From Balanoglossus misakiensis (taxonomy: Eukaryota; Animalia; Hemichordata): 64,000 bases of DNA. The notes under the pieces are model-generated. The model saw nothing but the letters and a program-made list of their open reading frames with translations, was not told the origin of the DNA and did no database searches. Shown piece by piece: positions 28,101 through 40,400 of the stretch. Position numbers and translations under genes: made by a program. The stretch covers positions 8,201,404 to 8,265,403 of the forward strand of contig CM082585.2 of assembly GCA_040954595.2 (NCBI GenBank). Direction: 5' to 3'. The first letter of the stretch is position 1. The number at the start of each line of letters is the position of its first letter.

Positions 28101-31100
28101 ATGGTTACCAATTCCATTCAACAAGTTTATATTAATCTCGTGAACAGAACAAATTCCTTGCTTTTTGTCCAAATGTATGAAACTGAAACGGCTTAGAATC
28201 TGAGGCACTTGGGCTTAACTGTGTTAAAATAACATAACGACCATGAAATGAATGAATTAATATAAATATTTGGCGAGCTACACTGCTCTGTCATTCTCAA
28301 ATATATTTAGTTCACGCCTTTACAAAAATTACATTGAAGTGTTTGTATAACCAGTGTTTTTGTCACATAATTTCATTTTTTATTGACGTGAGTACAAAAG
28401 AAGTGATGTACCTGTTGAAACTACGTCATGACTGTGAACCTTAATACTTCCCAAGAGATCACATTATAAGCTTTCTAAAATTGGTGTTTACGTTGCTATA
28501 TTGAATACTGTCAGAATTGGGGATTATGAATGACTTGATGAGGCATTTGTCATTGAGAAGAAAAGGTAATTCCAAGTGTTATCACAGTCTCAATATTCAT
28601 GATCAAATTAAAATTCGAACTTGAATTGCATAATAGACTCAGTTTACACCTGTACTACGAGTATATTTCACTCTATGAAAAATTATTGTAGTCTGCATGA
28701 GTCGCCATTAAACCAGCAGGAATTTGCAAGGAATTTTCTCAACAGCCTTCACACATGGAACAGCTAGTGTAAACCTTGAATTACCACAGAGATGCATTAT
28801 GTTGAACCAACATGATACTCTATTACCACCAACATCGTTATGACGCGCGAGTCGTTAATGTTGAATTTTAGAACGCGTAAAAATCTGTGAACATCATAGA
28901 ACTTGGCTTATTATTCCTGAAGACGCCTTCGTGGTTTGCATTTTACACACGATTATGAATATTTATGACATGAGTCAGGGCTCATGCATTTCAAACCTGA
29001 TATAAAAATTGACGTAATTGTCAGTGTATGTCTGCGACCTGACGTCTGTCATCTTGTGGGGTCAGAGATGTAAGTATATGCATATTTCAGTCAGATATCT
29101 CTCAAACATTTTGTGAATTTAAAACAGTTACAGATGAACCGTTCACATTTCGCGTATGCGTGCACGCACACACACACACACATGCACAGAGAGAGACAGA
29201 CATACACACATGGCTAAGCTGGATTCTAAAACGCGATCTTAGTTTTGTACATTTCAACATCTAAATGAAATGTTTCGACGATATTCTTGATTAAATTATA
29301 AGTTAACAGCTCGAAGGGAAGACACGTGCAGTGGGTGGCAGATGTTGGCATATACGTACAGACCACATGATCAGAATATGAAATAAACGTAACTCATCAA
29401 TATTCATAATCGGGTATAGGTAACATTATTAAGTGTACTTAAATAGCATGTCAAATATACAATCGCATGGTCAGGATGTGGTATTTTATGCCCGAGTCTA
29501 CACACATGCAAACAATATCTGTGGTTTCAATTCAGTATCTTTTTCATCAAACAGTCACGACAGGGGAAATCATAGCTTTTTCAAAACAGTTAAATATTCA
29601 GTTTTTCATTTCCGGTTGTTATTAGATTATTGTTTGATAAGCTGATACTGTCTGCTTGATAAAGGTATAATAACTTGTAATTGCAAATATGGCTATCTTG
29701 TTAGCAACTTCATCCATAATACAAACAGATTGGACGAGAACATTGGATTTTTGTGAAATAATGAAAAAAATACTATTTAGTATGAAAATTTATTGCTGAG
29801 GATGAGTGTAATACAAATGCAGACAGCATAATGAGACGACAATCGTGGGTTTATGCATTTCCAAGGATTTGACAGAGTCTGTTTTATCTTGTACCCAGTT
29901 CACCAGCATCTATGCTGGAGGATAGGTCAAGTCGGGTCAGACACTTCAGGCCCCCTAGCTTACTGGAGACCTTCAGCCGGTCTGGAGGTGCCGGTAACAC
30001 ATATAAATGGTATGAATTTTGATCTGCGCAGCGATCTATCACGCGCAGGAAAACCGATTACAGTATTTGCAAACTGATACGTTCCTTAGCTCATAGTGGT
30101 CTGTTTTCTTGTGAGAATGTATTTTTTTTTTTAATTTTGACATCTGCGACAATAACCCCACACGAAGATATGTTGAGTGTGGATTGGATATCATTAAACG
30201 GGAAATGGTATAAACATGAAGCGAAAAAACGCCTCCAGGCATTTTGAGTCAGTGTTCAGATTGATGGTTTATACGGTGTTTTAAGCAGTTTCATTTTTGG
30301 GCTCAAAGAAGAGGAAATGATGATTTGTAGTGCAAGGTCTGTTGATCTTTTGTTTGATTGCACGCAATATTTTATTATAAACAGTCATTCAAAAAAGGAT
30401 TTTGAAACTCTCTCTCCATCAACATGTGTGTGCAGTTTCATCACAATTGATAAGACAATTGCAGGTGTTATGAATTATATGATTCTTTTGTGAATTATAT
30501 AGTACTCGCGCGCAAGACAAAATTGCGCTGAACATTTCGGTCACAAAAGACAAGAGGAGTGTCTTAGAGCGCTGGTTAAAAAAATCTCCTGCCAACATTC
30601 TTTCGTCTAGGCTGGTATGTGTATGGGGAGACGTGGACATACTCAAGTTATAACTAAGCAATGTATACTTGAACATTAGACAATTCAACTGGCGTGATTG
30701 ACAGCTCGATTGATATCTGCATTGCGGTACCATGGTTGTTCTCGTTGAATATTCAGTGATATACCTGGTGACGTGTCTTTGCTCACGTTGGCATCATGTC
30801 ACAAAAAAAAAACTAATTCTGTACGTGCGATAAACTCTGAGCTCCTATATGGGCGGAGGTCACCTTTAAGCTCTTAAAATTCACCATGGACTGGATTTGT
30901 TTGTAAAAAATAGCGGTTTGCATATGGCAAGTGCCACTGCTTATGATTTATTAACAGGAATTTGATTTGTTTCAAGCAATGTCTACATCTCGTAGAGTTC
31001 ATCTGTATGACAGGTAATTAGGGAGAGTTTTGGAAGGATACATATTTGAATGATTTTTGACAATAAAGCGATATTCGGTAATCCACCTAAGGTGTAAAAT

Positions 31101-34032
31101 TCGGCTTTTAGGTGAGACAGGTAGAGACAGACACAAGCAGCTAGTAATCGACTTGTCTGGTTACCGTGGAAACCCTCATCAATCAATACACTTGGTTACC
31201 ACGGCGGCCGAAATTTCACGGCTCTCTGAAATAAGCGCCGTTGCCTCTTGATGCGCAAGTCTTCGAGATTCTAGAACGTTTCTGCCAAACCCGGTCCAAA
31301 TTGGGAGTACATAAAACGGGAGTTTAAGTAGCCAGTCTTTACAATAAAAAAAATGAGGCTAGCTATCTGTGGCATGTGCGTTTGCCTGTTTCTTTATTCA
31401 GAGCACACACGAAACTGTTGGTGTCGGAATGACATCATGTCTGGTTTTCCCAACCACCTCACAATACACACTTTATTCTTTGTTGCCATGGAAACTTTTT
31501 TTTCTCACATCTCAATGGAGAGTTATGTGGTTTCAACAGACAGGTGAGTCTGCCCCAAAACCAGTCATCGACACATCTCCCAGAACACCTATTCCTTATT
31601 TAGGTCAACAGTAACATAGACGATTTGGAATCTTTTGATTGATCGCAATCTGAAAATAGTTTGTCTATGGATCCCATTGTCTTAATTCTGCTTGTACTGT
31701 TACTGCTGCTGCAACTTGCACTGAATATGAGAAGGGTGTTTTGTTGCGTCTGGTCAACCAATCAAAACATCTGGAATCTGAGAGGCGTTATTTATGACTG
31801 AAGTCTGCACACTTGACATTGCATGAGGTCACCAAAGGTCAAGTTGTCTGTCATCTCGAGAAAAAAATAAGGTCAGCCTTTGTGGGGGAATGCATAGATG
31901 CTGTGCTATATGCAGTCTTGTTTCACAATATTGGTAATCTGAATTCGCAACATGTGTATGTATATGACCGCCGGTGAATATGGCATTATTTGATTGAATG
32001 TGGACATCAGTCTCAGAGTAACATAGCTTATCAAACTAGTCTTTTGCATGCTGTTGAGCATTGTTAAGACTGTCAGATGATAAAATACTGCCTGCAAGGT
32101 AGATCTCCGGAAATGATAAAAATCACTGATTTAATATCGAGGCCTTTCTTGATTCATTACAAACCCTATCAAGATTTTTTTTATCACCCTGATAATTCGA
32201 TAACATTAGTATGTGCTAGCATAATGGATATTTTCCACATTTCCATGAACTGACGGACAAATTTGATCAGACATAAAATATCTTTAAATTTCGATTTTTT
32301 TTGTGGGCCACTGAAAGATGTCTGTGTTCAGAAGTATAATATGGTTTCTAGGGAACACATGGAAAAGCATCATCAACAGACATAATACCAAATCACTGAT
32401 GAAGCCATAATATCACAGACAGGGATGAATGTCAAATGATCCCTGTCAGCCATACTAAATAATTACATAGGTGATTGATCATGCTTGTCATTACTAGATG
32501 TATAAACTTTTCCCCACTTTTGTTTAATTATACATTGGATGGATTACTAGCAATACAATAATGCCCTCTCATTGACAGAACCTAAAAAATAAACTTCCTC
32601 AGAACACATCATCAAGTGTTTAAATTTTTTATTATATGTAGTTCTGGCGGCAGGTCATAGCAGATGAAACCAGTCATAATGGAGATTGAGGGATTTCAGG
32701 GAAAAGTGTTTCATGTAGTGTTTTCAATTTTGCAATAGTAGGTCTTCTGTTAGATTGGTTTATACTTATCATGGTGGTGCACGGTACCAATGATTTTTGT
32801 TGTGTTTTGGTACTTTTTAAAGATTTTTATCGATTTATCTTCGAAGAGAGAAGCCAGAATGTTTTCATTAATTTTTAACAATATTTTAGTTTTAAGGTCA
32901 TGACTGGATTTTTTTCTGGATTTTGAAGGGTGAAGACAGCCATAGCAGAGATTTCATCTGCTTCTCGTCTGGTCTTCAAGCACAGGAGATTGTTTCCGGA
33001 TTGACACTGCTTGATGCGAAAATTTGCCGCTTTGCCAATCGACCCCCGCTCCAAATTTCACATTTCGGGACTGATATATGAATAGTCTGTTTGCGTCAGA
33101 AGTGATATTTTACACCGGCACTGCCCCCACAGTGTTGTTTTAAACAAGGCAGCATGTGGCATTGAGGAGAGTACGTGCTCAGCTTGCGTTGCCGAGAGGC
33201 AATGAGGAGAGAGAGAGAGAGAGTGGGGAATGAAACGTGTCTGGATTTGGCAGCAGGAGTATAAATGTCTGGTTGATCTGTCTGCATATGTACATTCAGA
33301 CAGTCCGTGTTTTGACAATAAATACACGGCACAATAGAAAGTGACATTGAATCTGGTATTACTGCATTTGCGCCTACAAAGAATAACCTTGGTGGGCGTG
33401 GGTTGATTACTGTTGGCTTTGATAGAACATTAACATGCACTATTAAATCCTGGGGGCCGAGTTGGCCAATTTTCGTGACAGCTGCGAAAATCAAACAGAA
33501 ATATGTCGGAATATACAAAACAATATGTTGCGGTGTGCATGAGCACGACATGGTGAAAACTACACCCTAATGGAAAACAGACCAAACGAATGATTTGGCA
33601 GGGAAGGTTCTTTAACGGTGAAATATTCAAATAAACGGCTGTCCTTGTATGAGTGGCCCTGAAGGGAGACGTCACCTTTCACATGCAGATCGCTCAGACA
33701 AAATCTAAATATATACCTGTGATTTGGTGGGGTAGTATGTATGTCAGCTGTTCTCGCAGTTGCGATTGTTGTTAATGTACTATGCGACATACCCGGAAAA
33801 TGGGACAATTTTGCCTGGATTAGGGGAAAAATATTAGAAACATGAAGATAAAATGTGAGTCAGTGTGTTTTATATTTTTCAAGGTTAATTCCAGTGGCAG
33901 TGCACACTGTATGTACCTGAACTGAAACGTGGGAGGGGTTATATAGCCAAGCAAGAACTATACCTGCCACTGTTATTTTTGATAGAAAGACACTATTAAT
34001 TTTATGTCTTTCTCTTTTTTCTTATTCCGCAG

Positions 34033-34408
34033 GTTGCAAGCAAAGCCATTGTGAGGTGCTAATAGTTTAGAGTGAAGCAGTACCCAGATTTGAGTTCTCC
34101 CCCTGGTATGCAGTTTTACTAAGTGCTCCTACATTTCAGTCGTATACGTCTTATAAACGTATAAACCAGTCAGCCAGAATTCATGAATGACTTGTGACGA
34201 GACAATAAGCAATATTCACTGTTCTTTTTTCAAAGTACTCCAGCAAGCCACAATAGCAGCAGTTCCGATTCCCTTTTGACTTGGCTGGGCAGTCCAATTT
34301 TTCCACTACTTGGGCTCTTTACGCTTGCCGGCTGAAGCTCTATGCTAGCTCCATCGCCGCTTATATAAGTACTGGTTTTTAGGATATATCACACACAAAA
34401 ATTTTATT
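34033..34408 (+). other. MBNL: MBNL 5'UTR part of the first coding exon (exon 34033-34567)
   Basis: Strong polypyrimidine tract and ccgcag acceptor ending at 34032. Several short uORFs precede the ATG at 34409. Confidence 0.7.
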
Positions 34409-37400
34409 ATGGCACTGCGGGACAATCGATGGTTGACACTTGAAGTTTGCCGAGAGTTCCAGCGTGGAACATGTACGAGGCCCGACACTGAGTGCAAGTT
34501 TGCCCATCCATCCAAATCCGTCACAGTAGAAAACGGTCGAGTTACTGCTTGCTTTGATTCGCTTAAGGTATGTATAACATCGTCCCAAACCCAGGTTTAA
34601 GCTCTGACTGCATGGTCAAGTCTTAATTAACTTTTTTTTTTCTTTGCTGCAATCATTGTATTATTTTTTTTATTTTTTTCTCATTGTTCGAACGCTTTGA
34701 CTGACCTGGCTCATTGCATGCATGTCCTAAATGTGCAGCAATGCTTCTGTATACAGCTGAGGTGATAAAAATACCAAAAAAGAAATCCATAATTTTATGC
34801 ACGTATATGGATAACTGTCCAGAATTTGCCATCTATTTCTAAAAAAAATAAATATTGGTACAATGCAGCTACTGCTAAAATCTACACAACCACAGAATAT
34901 TACAATGTCTGTTGCCATAACATCACATTTCTGTTGCAGCTGTCGGTTCTCACAAGTAACTGGTTAAAAAGTCCACCTTGACTTCTGATTTCTTGCCAAA
35001 TATAGCACTGTGGCAACAAAGCAAGTCTCGGTTTCCACAGTAACATGTATATTGGTTTTTTCGACCGCCATTAAAGATGGATGCCTTCTAAGAATGCAAG
35101 AGAATTTCTTGGAAACCTACACTGATCAACTTTCAGTCTTTCTGGTGAAAAACATCTCTGCAAATGTTTTCACAGTTTTTCAGCACAATGATGCGGATTG
35201 CTTGCAGAGTGTAAATTATTTCACAAATGTTTGTTTTGTCATAGTTGGATGAACTATTAATTGATTGTGAAGTACAGACTAAAGCAAATAGTGGTAGATA
35301 GGTGGTGATATATGGTAAACTCCTCTCTTAATATCAGAATTTAGAAACTTCAACCATGGATTTGAAGATGAGAAATGGGTTGAAAGTTATAATATTATGA
35401 AATTAGCACAGTGTATCTGTAAAACTTCAAAAATAAAAATTCTTACTAAGAATAGGTAACGTACAGTACTTCTGGTGTTTGTTCTTTTGAGGTTTGTTAA
35501 AAAATTCAAATGTTCATAGAAGACTTAGCTCGAAGTGTACTCATTGGTGTAAGTCGATCAATGTACTTTTAAAATGAAAAAAATTCCTAGAATCTGAATC
35601 GCAATGTCAAATTTCCAACCTTCTTCATCATAGCTTGCGGTGTTACTGTTTAATCATGATATCTGATCATATTGTTAATGATCCCATGTCGTAGGTCAAG
35701 TTGAGCCTGTTTGCATTGTATTAAAAAATCCACAGTGTGCCCTTGTTGTTGCTATGTTTAGAATTTGTGAAGGGAGGATGTTCGTGACCTGATAGTGATA
35801 TTCAAAAAGGTCACGCCATTATTTGGGGCTGTCTAGCTTTGAGGCCTTAATATAAACAACAATAAATACCCCCAAAATAGCACCATAGTTTCCCTGAGGA
35901 AATTTAAACACATATCAAAGTAACATATTATTTGAAATTACAAACAGTCCATTCGCTGAAAATTTGATACACGCTGATTTTCTGGGAAAAAAGGGTGTTT
36001 TTTGCTCAAGGCAATCTTGTTAAACGCTTACTTTACCGCCAGTCAGGCAAATAGTTCTCAAGCAGGCAAATCACTCTCTAGACTTTCATTTTTTTCTCTC
36101 TTTAGACTACACAAGAGTGTCTGGCTGAGAAAAGCTTAAAATAGAAAAAACAGCATCGCCGTTATTTCCCTCCGTCATTTATCACAGTGTTAATGGTGCG
36201 AAAGACTACCAAACATCACATGACATGCCAGAGATTTGGTCATTTGCATAAAATCCTGATCAGGCAAAGTAACTGAAGAAGTACAGGCATTGACTCAGAG
36301 AGATGCTATTTGCAGTCAGACAACTTGGCAACCCATTTGAATGTCTGGGCCTCAAGAACGTTGAACTGTTAACACGCTGGACTTATTTAAACTATTTGCG
36401 ATTCAGACATTCCCGTTATATTTCAGTATCAGTTAACGGTGGATTTTCTTCTAGTGGTTTACTTTGTGCTGTCTGGGGCGAGAGCACTAAGGATATAGCT
36501 CTGCATTTCTAGTACACGGTAGTTCCTTCGGCGAGTCTGGTGAGATGACTGACAGCAGTCGTGCATTAATAGCCTCAAATATTCGACACAACCGCTCTGA
36601 GATTAATTTGTTTTAAGAGGTCATCCATGTGACTTTTTGTAATAATTTTGACGGTAACCACTTTTTTGAAAGGTGCTGAATTTGACAAGAATTACAAAGT
36701 GTTCATCATTTCAGTGAAGGAAAGCATAATCGGTATAAAATATAATCTGTAAATTAGTGTAGAAGTCAGATAGTACATAATTTGCAGTCATCAAATATTT
36801 TGTAAATGGAAATGTTTAATATATTAGAGAAGGGATGATCCTGACATTTAATTAATGTAGACCTAACCAAACTCTCTTTCATGCAGTCATCTCCAAATAT
36901 CATAATACAAACATAAATGAGCATCTATCTTGTAAGAAATACAAAGCCAACAAATCGATGTCTGTTTAACTTCTCTCACACATTATTTCCTTATTTTTTC
37001 TTTGCCCTTCATTTTTGTTTTCGAATTTTCGCCCGCAGGGTAAGTGCACCCGTGAAAATTGTAAATATTTACATCCGCCGGCGCATCTGAAGAGCCAACT
37101 GGAGATTAATGGACGCAACAATCTAGCGGCTCAAAAGATGTTACAACAGTTACCGTTCCAACCCCTGGTGCACGGGCCGATGACAACACACGTGGTAAGT
37201 GGCACTGACCATCCCCGAGTCTACTGGCCACCATTACATACTCTGGTACAAGGGCCAGTCACATCGCAGGGGGTAAGTGGTACTACACTAGATACAAACG
37301 CCTCGCAGCTCTGCCATGCCAGCAGCCTTCGCTTGCAATATAAAGACCAGCTGCCAATAAATACTAAAAGAAAGGCAAGTAGTTCGGACGGGGGAGGGGG

Positions 37401-40400
37401 ATTTATACATTCCCCATTTTGGCCAGTGTTGTGGGCTTGCGAGACAGGGAAGCTTAGTAAAGGTATTTTGTTAAAATCGGCAGCTTGTTTCGGCCACGCA
37501 TTGCAGTGATTGTTGCAGATCATGTTGGCTTGGTGTGGGTGCAGGGTTTTGGGCCAGTGTAGTCACATCAACCAGTGAAGGCCACGGTTACGGGTGGAGC
37601 AGTGATCGGATGTTTCAATTCATTTTGCCAGCTATGGGCTGGATACAACACAAGGCTACGCCTGGAATTATTGCCTCGAATTTCCTTTTGTTCACTCTGG
37701 GTAGTTCACAGGTCATATTTGGTTTCATAATAGCAAGTTAAGATTATTCTTGACTTCAAGCAAGACTGTTTTAAAACAGCTCTAAAGCCACGTAATTTTG
37801 AGTTCAGTGGCAGGGTTTGGGGCTATATTGCTGGTAACATCAGCAAAACAAGATGACATTTTGTGATTTGGGTCCAAGTTCATGTCTAAGTACAGTTACC
37901 ATGTGTGTTTATTTGTGGTGTTGCTAGGTCTGCTTTGTGTGCAGCTTAGATTCACAGAGTGTCTGTTTGTGTCTGCATAAAGTGTTTGGAACAAGCCCTT
38001 ACTGTTTTGTTTTTGTGTTTTTTTGTTTTGTTTAAAAGCAGGAATTGGAAAGGCACCTGGGGTGGTCACCTTGGTTGATGGGGTCGGGGGTGGGTGTGAA
38101 TTTTAATTTGCTTTGCTGATATAAATGCTTGAAATTTTACGATAGATATGATATTTTGAGTGATATGTGTACAGATCATGACCAGTTTTGTGAGATTTAC
38201 CTGTGTTGGGAGTGTTACAGAAACAGTCATCTTGGTTGAATTTGCAAGATATTCCGATTAGTGTGGAATTATTAAGTTATACTTTCATTCCTCAGACAAT
38301 ATTTGGCCTTGTCTGTGGAATTATGACACAAAATAATTGGCCATCACTTTCATGCCCTTGACATGATCACAAACCACTGACAAAGCACATTTGTCCATTT
38401 TACATTCTTCCAGAATCCACAGTTTGTGAACTCGCCACCCGTGACAACTTTCAATCCATATCTCGCCCACACACCAACTTTGCCCAATGACAACCTACCG
38501 TTGAACGTTCCTGGCCTGGTCCCCACTCCACCAATCATGCCGCAGCAGAAACTGCAAAGAAACGACAGACTTGAGGTAAGTGAACAGAAATCTGATGAGT
38601 CGCTTTGAAGGATTACAATCACTCTCGTTTCATTTCAGTTTTCAGAATAATTACAGGTATAACCCAAAGTCTTGTATAAGGCAGTAATGATGGACAAAAA
38701 TTGAGGCCATCTTTTCTGAAAATCATCATGCATGGTCACATTAAAGGTATACAGTCACCTCCAATTTACATACGCCCATATATGGCTGAAATGGAGTATT
38801 TGAGCGTTCTAAAGAACATATAGTGGCGCTCTATTTTTCGCATGTGCCAACCACTGAAAATCAGTGATTGGCTAGATCTTAATTTGCCATGGTAACTACA
38901 GCTAATTTTCCATAGGTGACCCGTATACCTTTAAATTGACCATGTAGGTTTTGCTTGGTAAAAATACTAGTATAATGAATGAATGCTATGGGTTTTTTCC
39001 ATCCTGAATATTGCATGGAAAAGAGCCTGATTGTGATTAAACGAGTATTTCACGCTTTCACTTCTCCGCACAGGTCTGCCGCGAGTTCCAGCGCGGCAAC
39101 TGCACTCGCGGCGAGAACGACTGCAAGTTTGCCCACCCGGGGGAGCACGTGACCATCGACACCACGGAGAACAGCGTCACCGTCTGCATGGACTACATCA
39201 AGGGGCGCTGCTCCCGCGACAAGTGCAAATACTTCCACCCACCACCGCACTTACAGGCACGCATCAAAGCTGCTCAGCATCAGGCTTCGCAGGCGTCGGC
39301 CGCCGCCGCAGCTGCGGCCATGGTATGTACCGAATAAAAACCCGGCACTCGTATCTCGTTTTCGTTTGCATCTTATACTAGTCTCCATTCGTTTTGAAAC
39401 AGAAAATGAGATCAGGAAACGACGACCAAAATCTTGCATGTGATTGTCGTGTTTCATGAGATTTTTATATATTTCTCATATCATGTGTTAACCATTTCAA
39501 ATCACTAGTAGACTAGACTAGATGTCAATTTGCTCATCATCTCATGCCTTTTTTATATAATTTTTGTTTAAAATTTTAAAATTTTATTTTGGTTGCGGTT
39601 AACAAATGCTGAGCTCGCGTAATCGTGCATAAAAATGTTTCTATACTCTATCAAAGTGTCTCTGTCTGTCTCTTAAATGCTAGCTGCTTTGCTGCTCTGC
39701 TGTCATCTTCATCTGACTTTCACACAAAATATAAAAACCCTCCCGTCCAACAAAATTTAATGTTGAATGTCATAGATTTTCTTCACTTGGTACACCAGTG
39801 TAACTATATGGTAAATTGTTGTCAATAAGGAATGCGAACGGCTGATGAAAACCTTGCAAAATCAACAATAAGCATTTAGCAAATTTAAATAAAGTTCCAC
39901 TGGGATAAATGTCCTACTTTGTAAGATAAATATGACAATTTTGATCATTTGCTATATGATAAAGGTTATTTCCACCCTCAATAAAATTTACCTTATTGGT
40001 TACAGTTTTTCAATAGGACTGATTTATTGTAACAAAGTGTAACAAGCACTGTTATAACATGTATCACAATGTGGTACAATGTAACACACTGGTATACAAT
40101 GCAACTGTTACTGTACAATATAACTGTATTGTACAACATAATAGTGTTATGCAATGTTACAGTTAACATGTAACAATGTGATACAGTGTAACCATATAAT
40201 ATACAATGTAACACTGTGTTACTATGTGGTATTATACAGTGTACATCTGTAGCAAGTTGTTACACAATGTTACAATATCAATTGTGAAACATTGGTGTAC
40301 ATGAATAACCACACACAATTTGTTTTCTGTCAATAACTCAAACATGTTTTGATTTTTGGCCACGATGTGAAAGTTTGGATGTTGCCTATAGCTTTGTCTG

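Noticed and set aside
16700-33900. Numerous 60-150 aa ORFs (e.g. 22481-22936, 33096-33551)
   Set aside because: Composition looks random, many start at GTG/TTG and none has a family signature. The region is best explained as MBNL 5' introns.
34375-34382. Alternative acceptor ggtttttag just upstream of the MBNL ATG
   Set aside because: Its pyrimidine tract is short compared with the strong acceptor at 34032; it cannot be supported without reads.
37015-37509. 164-aa ORF as a stand-alone gene
   Set aside because: It is an MBNL exon (37039-37194/37272) plus flanking intron read-through.
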